Assembly: GCA_964016885.1 (NCBI GenBank)
Contig: OZ024740.1
Coordinates: forward strand, 442,618,001-442,682,000
Reading direction: 5' to 3'
Length of the DNA stretch: 64,000 nucleotides
Source of the DNA: Eledone cirrhosa
Taxonomy: Eukaryota
The notes under the pieces are model-generated. The model searched no databases. It was not told the origin of the DNA and worked only from the letters and a program-made list of their open reading frames with translations. This document shows positions 54,601 to 64,000 of the stretch, one piece after another (position 1 is the first letter of the stretch; each line of letters begins with the position of its first letter). A program made the position numbers and the translations under genes.

Positions 54601-57600
54601 AAGTACATGAATGTAGAGACTGTTACCTTACATATGAAGTACATGACTGTAGAGAGTGTTACCTTAATGTGAAGTACATGACTGTAGAGACAGTTAGCTT
54701 ACATGTGAAGTACATGACTGTAGAGACAGTTACCTTACATGTGAAGTACATGAGTGTATAGACCGTTACCTTATATGTGAAGTACATGACTGTAGAGACA
54801 GTTACCTTACATGTGAAGTACATGACTGTAGAGATAGTTACCTTACATGTGAAGTACATGACTGTAGAGACAGTTAGCTTACATGTGAAGTACATGACTG
54901 TAGAGATAGTTACCTTACATGTGAAGTACATGACTGTAGAGATAGTTACCTTACATGTGAAGTACATGACTGTAGAGATAGTTACCTTACATGTGAAGTA
55001 CATGAGTGTAGTAGACATTTACCTTGCATGTGAAGTACATGACGGTAGAGACAGTTACCTTACATGTGAAGTACATGACTGTAGAGACAGTTACCTTACA
55101 TATGAAGTACATGAGTGTAGTAGACATTTACCTTGCATGTGAAGTACATGATGGTAGAGACAGTTACCTTACATGTGAAGTACATGACTGTAGAGACAGT
55201 TACCTTACATGTGAAGTACATAACTGTAGAGACAGTTACCTTACATGTGAAGTACATGAGTGTAGAGACAGTTACCTTACATATGAAGTACATGACTGTA
55301 GAGAGAGTTACCTTACATGTGAAGTACATGACTGTAGAGACAGTTACCTTACATGTGAAGTACATGACTGTAGAGACAGTTACCTTACATGTGAAGTACA
55401 TGACTGTAGAGACAGTTACCTTACATGTGAAGTACATGACTGTAGAGACAGTTACCTTACATGTGAAGTACATAACTGTAGAGACAGTTACCTTACATGT
55501 GAAGTACATGAGTGTAGAGACAGTTACCTTACATGTGAAGTACATGACTGTAGAGAGAGTTACCTTACATGTGAAGTACATAACTGTAGAGACAGTTACC
55601 TTACATGTGAAGTACATGACTGTAGAGACAGTTACCTTACATGTGAAGTACATGACTGTAGAGAGAGTTACCTTACATGTGAAGTACATAACTGTAGAGA
55701 CAGTTACCTTACATGTGAAGTACATGACTGTAGAGACAGTTACCTTACATGTGAAGTACATGACTGTAGAGACAGTTACCTTACATGTGAAGTACATGAG
55801 TGTAGAGAGAGTTACCTTACATGTGATATACATGACTGTAGAGACTGTTACATTACATGTGAAGTACATTACTGTAGAGACAGTTAGTTTATATGTAAAG
55901 TACATGAATGTAGAGAGAGTTACCTTACATGTGGAGTACATGACTGTAGAGAAAGTTAAGTTACATGTGAAGTACATGACTGTAGAGACAGTTACCTTAC
56001 ATGTGAAGTACATGACTGTAGAGACAGTTACCTTACATGTGAAGTACATGACGGTAGAGACAGTTACCTTACATGTGAAGTACATGACTGTAGAGACAGT
56101 TAGCTTACATGTGAAGTACATAACTGTAGAGACAGTTACCTTACATGTGAAGTACATGACTGTAGAGACAGTTAGCTTACGTGTGAAGTACATGACTGTA
56201 GAGACAGTTAGCTTACGTGTGAAGTACATGACTGTAGAGACAGTTACCTTACATGTGAAGTACATGACTGTAGAGACAGTTAGCTTACGTGTGAAGTACA
56301 TGACTGTAGAGACAGTTACCTTACATGTGAAGTACATGAGTGTAGAGACAGTTACCTTACATGTGAAGTACATGAGTGTAGAGACAGTTACCTTACATGT
56401 GAAGTACACGACTGTAGAGACAGTTACCTTACATGTGAAGTACATGTGTGTAGAGACAGTTACCTTACATGTGAAGTACACGACTGTAGAGACAGTTTCC
56501 TTACATGTGTAGTACACGACTGTAGAGACAGTTACCTTACATGCGAAGTACATGAGTGTAGAGACAGTTACCTTACATGCGAAGTACATGACTGTAGAGA
56601 GAGTTACTTTACATTTGAAGTACATGACTGTAGAGACAGGTACCTTACATGTGAAGTACATGACTGTAGAGACAGGTACATTACATGTGAAGTACATGAG
56701 TGAAGAGACAGTTACCTTATATGTGAAGTACATGAGTGTAGAGGCAGTTACCTTACATGTGAAGTACATGAGTGTAGAGACAGTTACCTTACATGTGAAG
56801 TACATGACTGTAGAGAGTGTTACCTTACATGTGAAGTACATGACTGTAGAGACAGTTACCTTACATGTGAAGTGCATGACTGTAGAGACAGTTACCTTAC
56901 ATGTGAAGTACATGACTGTAGAGAGAGTTACCTTACATGTGAAGTACATGAGTGTAGAGACAGTTACCTTACATGTGAAGTACATGACTGTAGAGAGTGT
57001 TACCTTACATGTGAAGTACATGACTGTAGAGACAGTTACCTTACATGTGAAGTACATGACTGTAGAGACAGTTACCTTACATGTGAAGTACATGACTGTA
57101 GAGAGAGTTACCTTACATGTGAAGTACATGACTGTAGAGACATTTACCTTACATGTGAAGTGCATGAGTGTAGAGACAGTTACCTTACATGTAAAGTATA
57201 TGACTGTAGAGACAGTTACCTTACATGTGAAGTACATGATTGAAGAGACAGTTACATTACATGTGAAGTACATGATTGAAGAGACAGTTACCTTACATGT
57301 GAAGTACATGACTGTAGAGATAGTTACCTTACATGTGAAGTGCATGAGTGTAGAGACAGTTAACTTACATGTGAAGTGCATGACTGTAGACAGAGTTACT
57401 TTACATGTAAAGTACAAGACTGTAGAGACAGTTACCTTACATGTGAAGTACATGAGTGTAGAGACAGTTAACTTACATGTGAAGTGCATGAGTGTAGACA
57501 GAGTTACTTTACATGTGAAGTACAAGACTGTAGAGACAGTTACCTTATATGTGAAGTACATGATTGTAGACACAGTTATCTTACATCTGAAGTACATGAC

Positions 57601-60600
57601 AGTAGAGAGAGTTAGATTTTATGTGAAGTACATGAATGTAGAGACTGTTACCTTACATATGAAGTACATGACTGTAGAGAGTGTTACCTTAATGTGAAGT
57701 ACATGACTGTAGAGACAGTTACCTTACATGTGAAGTACATGACTGTAGAGACAGTTAGCTTACATGTGAAGTACATGACTGTAGAGACAGTTACCTTACA
57801 TGTGAAGTACATGAGTGTATAGACCGTTACCTTATATGTGAAGTACATGACTGTAGAGACAGTTACCTTACATGTGAAGTACATGACTGTAGAGATAGTT
57901 ACCTTACATGTGAAGTACATGACTGTAGAGACAGTTAGCTTACATGTGAAGTACATGACTGTAGAGATAGTTACCTTACATGTGAAGTACATGACTGTAG
58001 AGATAGTTACCTTACATGTCACGTACATGACTGTAGAGATAGTTACCTTACATGTGAAGTACATGAGTGTAGTAGACATTTACCTTGCATGTGAAGTACA
58101 TGACGGTAGAGACAGTTACCTTACATGTGAAGTACATGACTGTAGAGACAGTTACCTTACATATGAAGTACATGAGTGTAGTAGACATTTACCTTGCATG
58201 TGAAGTACATGACGGTAGAGACAGTTAACTTACATGTGAAGTACATGACTGTAGAGACAGTTACCTTACATGTGAAGTACATAACTGTAGAGACAGTTAC
58301 CTTACATGTGAAGTACATGAGTGTAGAGACAGTTACCTTACATATGAAGTACATGACTGTAGAGACAGTTACCTTACATGTGAAGTACATGACTGTAGAG
58401 ACAGTTACCTTACATGTGAAGTACATGACTGTAGAGACAGTTACCTTACATGTGAAGTACATGACTGTAGAGACAGTTACCTTACATGTGAAGTACATAA
58501 CTGTAGAGACAGTTACCTTATATGTGAAGTACATGAGTGTAGAGACAGTTACCTTACATGTGAAGTACATGACTGTAGAGAGAGTTACCTTACATGTGAA
58601 GTACATAACTGTAGAGACAGTTACCTTACATGTGAAGTACATGACTGTAGAGACAGTTACCTTACATGTGAAGTACATGACTGCAGAGAGAGTTACCTTA
58701 CATGTGAAGTACATAACTGTAGAGACAGTTACCTTACATGTGAAGTACATGACTGTAGAGACAGTTACCTTACATGTGAAGTACATGACTGTAGAGACAG
58801 TTACCTTACATGTGAAGTACATGAGTGTAGAGAGAGTTACCTTACATGTGATATACATGACTGTAGAGACTGTTACATTACATGTGAAGTACATTACTGT
58901 AGAGACAGTTAGTTTATATGTGAAGTACATGAATGTAGAGAGAGTTACCTTACATGTGGAGTACATGACTGTAGAGAAAGTTAACTTACATGTGAAGTAC
59001 ATGAGTGTAGAGACAGTTAGTTTATATGTGAAGTACATGAGTGTAGAGACAGTTAGTTTATATGTGAAGTACATGACTGTAGAGACAGGTACCTAACATT
59101 GGAATTACATGAGTGTAGAGAGAGTTACCTTACATGTGAAGTACATGACTGTAGAGACAGTTACCTTACATGTGAAGTACATGACTGTAGAGACAGTTAC
59201 CTTACATGTGAAGTACATGACGGTAGAGACAGTTACCTTACATGTGAAGTACATGACTGTAGAGACAGTTAGATTACATGTGAAGTACATAACTGTAGAG
59301 ACAGTTACCTTACATGTGAAGTACATGACTGTAGAGACAGTTAGCTTACGTGTGAAGTACATGACTGTAGAGACAGTTAGCTTACGTGTGAAGTACATGA
59401 CTGTAGAGACAGTTACCTTACATGTGAAGTACATGATTGTAGAGACAGTTAGCTTACGTGCGAAGTACATGACTGTAGAGACAGTTACATTACATGTGAA
59501 GTACATGAGTGTAGAGACAGTTACCTTACATGTGAAGTACATGACTGTAGAGACAGTTACCTTACATGTGAAGTACACGACTGTAGAGACAGTTACCTTA
59601 CATGTGAAGTACATGATTGTAGAGACAGTTACCTTACATGTGAAGTACACGACTGTAGAGACAGTTTCCTTACATGTGTAGTACACGACTGTAGAGACAG
59701 TTACCTTACATGCGAAGTACATGAGTGTAGAGACAGTTACCTTACATGCGAAGTACATGACTGTAGAGAGAGTTACTTTACATTTGAAGTACATGACTGT
59801 AGAGACAGGTACCTTACATGTGAAGTACATGACTGTAGAGACAGGTACATTACATGTTAAGTACATGACTGTAGAGACAGTTACCTTACATGTGAAGTAC
59901 ATGACTGTAGAGAGAGTTACCTTACATGTGAAGTACATGAGTGTAGAGACAGTTACCTTACATGTGAAGTACATGACTGTAGAGAGTGTTACCTTACATG
60001 TGAAGTACATGACTGTAGAGACAGTTACCTTACATGTGAAGTACATGACTGTAGAGACAGTTACCTTACATGTGAAGTACATGACTGTAGAGAGAGTTAC
60101 CTTACATGTGAAGTACATGACTGTAGAGACATTTACCTTACATGTGAAGTGCATGAGTGTAGAGACAGTTACCTTACATGTAAAGTATATGACTGTAGAG
60201 ACAGTTACCTTACATGTGAAGTACATGATTGAAGAGACAGTTACATTACATGTGAAGTACATGATTGAAGAGACAGTTACCTTACATGTGAAGTACATGA
60301 CTGTAGAGATAGTTACCTTACATGTGAAGTGCATGAGTGTAGAGACAGTTAACTTACATGTGAAGTGCATGACTGTAGACAGAGTTACTTTACATGTAAA
60401 GTACAAGACTGTAGAGACAGTTACCTTACATGTGAAGTACATGAGTGTAGAGACAGTTAACTTACATGTGAAGTGCATGACTGTAGACAGAGTTACTTTA
60501 CATGTGAAGTACAAGACTGTAGAGACAGTTACCTTATATGTGAAGTACATGATTGTAGACACAGTTATCTTACATCTGAAGTACATGACAGTAGAGAGAG

Positions 60601-63600
60601 TTAGATTTTATGTGAAGTACATGAATGTAGAGACTGTTACCTTACATATGAAGTACATGACTGTAGAGAGTGTTACCTTAATGTGAAGTACATGACTGTA
60701 GAGACAGTTACCTTACATGTGAAGTACATGACTGTAGAGACAGTTAGCTTACATGTGAAGTACATGACTGTAGAGACAGTTACCTTACATGTGAAGTACA
60801 TGAGTGTATAGACCGTTACCTTATATGTGAAGTACATGACTGTAGAGACAGTTACCTTACATGTGAAGTACATGACTGTAGAGATAGTTACCTTACATGT
60901 GAAGTACATGACTGTAGAGACAGTTAGCTTACATGTGAAGTACATGACTGTAGAGATAGTTACCTTACATGTGAAGTACATGACTGTAGAGATAGTTACC
61001 TTACATGTCACGTACATGACTGTAGAGATAGTTACCTTACATGTGAAGTACATGAGTGTAGTAGACATTTACCTTGCATGTGAAGTACATGACGGTAGAG
61101 ACAGTTACCTTACATGTGAAGTACATGACTGTAGAGACAGTTACCTTACATATGAAGTACATGAGTGTAGTAGACATTTACCTTGCATGTGAAGTACATG
61201 ACGGTAGAGACAGTTAACTTACATGTGAAGTACATGACTGTAGAGACAGTTACCTTACATGTGAAGTACATAACTGTAGAGACAGTTACCTTACATGTGA
61301 AGTACATGACTGTAGAGACAGTTACCTTACATGTGAAGTACATAACTGTAGAGACAGTTACCTTACATGTGAAGTACATGAGTGTAGAGACAGTTACCTT
61401 ACATGTGAAGTACATGACTGTAGAGACAGTTACCTTACATGTGAAGTACATGACTGTAGAGACAGTTACCTTACATGTGATTACATGACTGTAGAGACAG
61501 TTACCTTACATGTGAAGTACATGACTGTAGAGACAGTTACCTTACATGTGAAGTACATAACTGTAGAGACAGTTACCTTACATGTGAAGTACATGAGTGT
61601 AGAGACAGTTACCTTACATGTGAAGTACATGACTGTAGAGAGAGTTACCTTACATGTGAAGTACATAACTGTAGAGACAGTTACCTTACATGTGAAGTAC
61701 ATGACTGTAGAGACAGTTACCTTACATGTGAAGTACATGACTGCAGAGAGAGTTACCTTACATGTGAAGTACATAACTGTAGAGACAGTTACCTTACATG
61801 TGAAGTACATGACTGTAGAGACAGTTACCTTACATGTGAAGTACATGACTGCAGAGAGAGTTACCTTACATGTGAAGTACATGACTGTAGAGACAGTTAC
61901 CTTACATGTGAAGTACATGACTGTAGAGACAGTTACCTTACATGTGAAGTACATGAGTGTAGAGAGAGTTACCTTACATGTGATATACATGACTGTAGAG
62001 ACTGTTACATTACATGTGAAGTACATTACTGTAGAGACAGTTAGTTTATATGTGAAGTACATGAATGTAGAGAGAGTTACCTTACATGTGGAGTACATGA
62101 CTGTAGAGAAAGTTAACTTATATGTGAAGTACATGAGTGTAGAGACAGTTAGTTTATATGTGAAGTACATGAGTGTAGAGACAGTTAGTTTATATGTGAA
62201 GTACATGACTGTAGAGACAGGTACCTAACATTGGAATTACATGAGTGTAGAGACAGTTAGCTTACGTGTGAAGTACATGACTGTAGAGACAGTTACCTTA
62301 CATGTGAAGTACATGACTGTAGAGACAGTTAGCTTACGTGTGAAGTACATGACTGTAGAGACAGTTACCTTACATGTGAAGTACATGAGTGTAGAAACAG
62401 TTACCTTACATGTGAAGTACATGACTGTAGAGACAGTTACCGTACATGTGAAGTACACGACTGTAGAGACAGTTACCTTACATGTGAAGTACATGATTGT
62501 AGAGACAGTTACCTTACATGTGAAGTACACGACTGTAGAGACAGTTTCCTTACATGTGTAGTACACGACTGTAGAGACTGTTACCTTACATGCGAAGTAC
62601 ATGAGTGTAGAGACAGTTACCTTACATGCGAAGTACATGACTGTAGAGAGAGTTACTTTACATTTGAAGTACATGACTGTAGAGACAGGTACCTTACATG
62701 TGAAGTACATGACTGTAGAGACAGGTACATTACATGTGAAGTACATGAGTGTAGAGACAGTTACCTTATATGTGAAGTACATGAGTGTAGAGGCAGTTAC
62801 CTTACATGTGAAGTACATGAGTGTAGAGAGTGTTACCTTACATGTGAAGTACATGACTGTAGAGACAGTTACCTTACATGTGAAGTGCATGACTGTAGAG
62901 ACAGTTACCTTACATGTGAAGTACATGACTGTAGAGAGAGTTACCTTACATGTGAAGTACATGAGTGTAGAGACAGTTACCTTACATGTGAAGTACATGA
63001 CTGTAGAGACAGTTACCTTACATGTGAAGTACATGACTGTAGAGAGAGTTACCTTACATGTGAAGTACATGACTGTAGAGACATTTACCTTACATGTGAA
63101 GTGCATGAGTGTAGAGACAGTTACCTTACATGTAAAGTATATGACTGTAGAGACAGTTACCTTACATGTGAAGTACATGATTGAAGAGACAGTTACATTA
63201 CATGTGAAGTACATGATTGAAGAGACAGTTACCTTACATGTGAAGTACATGATTGAAGAGACAGGTACCTTACATGTGAAGTGCATGAGTGTACAAACAG
63301 TTACCTTACATGTGAAGTACATAACTGTAGAGACAGTTACCTTACATGTGAAGTACATGACTGTAGAGACAGTTACCTTACATGTGAAGTACATGACTGC
63401 AGAGAGAGTTACCTTACATGTGAAGTACATAACTGTAGAGACAGTTACCTTACATGTGAAGTACATGACTGTAGAGACAGTTACCTTACATGTGAGGTAC
63501 ATGACTGTAGAGACAGTTACCTTACATGTGAAGTACATGAGTGTAGAGAGAGTTACCTTACATGTGATATACATGACTGTAGAGACTGTTACATTACATG

Positions 63601-64000
63601 TGAAGTACATTACTGTAGAGACAGTTAGTTTATATGTGAAGTACATGAATGTAGAGAGAGTTACCTTACATGTGGAGTACATGACTGTAGAGAAAGTTAA
63701 CTTACATGTGAAGTACATGAGTGTAGAGACAGTTAGTTTATATGTGAAGTACATGAGTGTAGAGACAGTTAGTTTATATGTGAAGTACATGACTGTAGAG
63801 ACAGGTACCTAACATTGGAATTACATGAGTGTAGAGAGAGTTACCTTACATGTGAAGTACATGACTGTAGAGACAGTTACCTTACATGTGAAGTACATGA
63901 CTGTAGAGACAGTTACCTTACATGTGAAGTACATGACGGTAGAGACAGTTACCTTACATGTGAAGTACATGACTGTAGAGACAGTTAGCTTACATGTGAA
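21607..64000. repeat. 36-bp tandem satellite, consensus CATGTGAAGTACATGACTGTAGAGACAGTTACCTTA, ~1180 copies, continuing past the window end
   Basis: Uninterrupted head-to-tail monomers with mostly 0-3 substitutions, recurrent 35- and 37-bp variants, and no spacers or TE insertions seen. Confidence 0.99.

Noticed and set aside
21607-64000. Long ORFs on both strands (MTVETVTLHVKY, MYFTCKVTVSTV, CEVHDCRDSYLT repeats) as repeat or Zn-binding proteins
   Set aside because: A 36-bp unit is a multiple of 3 and happens to be stop-free in several frames. ORFs are open on both strands at once, broken by recurrent 1-bp indels and stops, and have no unique termini. Satellite artefact.
21607-64000. CRISPR array (36-bp repeat with internal hairpin)
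   Set aside because: Monomers are directly head-to-tail with no unique spacers, no cas genes are present, and the context is eukaryotic.

Overview
Repeat-dominated, AT-rich eukaryotic (animal) DNA with no credible intact host gene. The SINE types and the dense (TA)n/(CT)n/(AAC)n tracts resemble cephalopod (Octopus-like) DNA, which is an inference. The first 21.6 kb is a mosaic of microsatellites, an 8.3-kb CATCTAC(TA)n minisatellite, two degenerate tRNA-SINEs, a 3.7-kb minus-strand Helitron lacking its whole Rep domain, a mariner-type MITE, an RTE-LINE 3' end and a Penelope-like (PLE) GIY-YIG fragment. Several unrelated inverted-repeat or palindromic modules sit in the (TA)n tracts and carry minimal type-I hammerhead ribozyme (HHR) motifs. 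Cores are complete at 2267-2309 and 18492-18557, there is a double HHR palindrome at 17289-17400, and partial or degenerate copies occur at 1181, 13177, 19250 and 19643. Three of these modules share the 11-mer GTATTGAGTAC 35-40 nt past the predicted cleavage site. From ~21607 to the window end lies a >42-kb array of a 36-bp satellite (~1180 copies) with two hairpins per monomer and nested kb-scale higher-order duplications. Nearly all ORFs in the supplied track are artefacts of these repeats.
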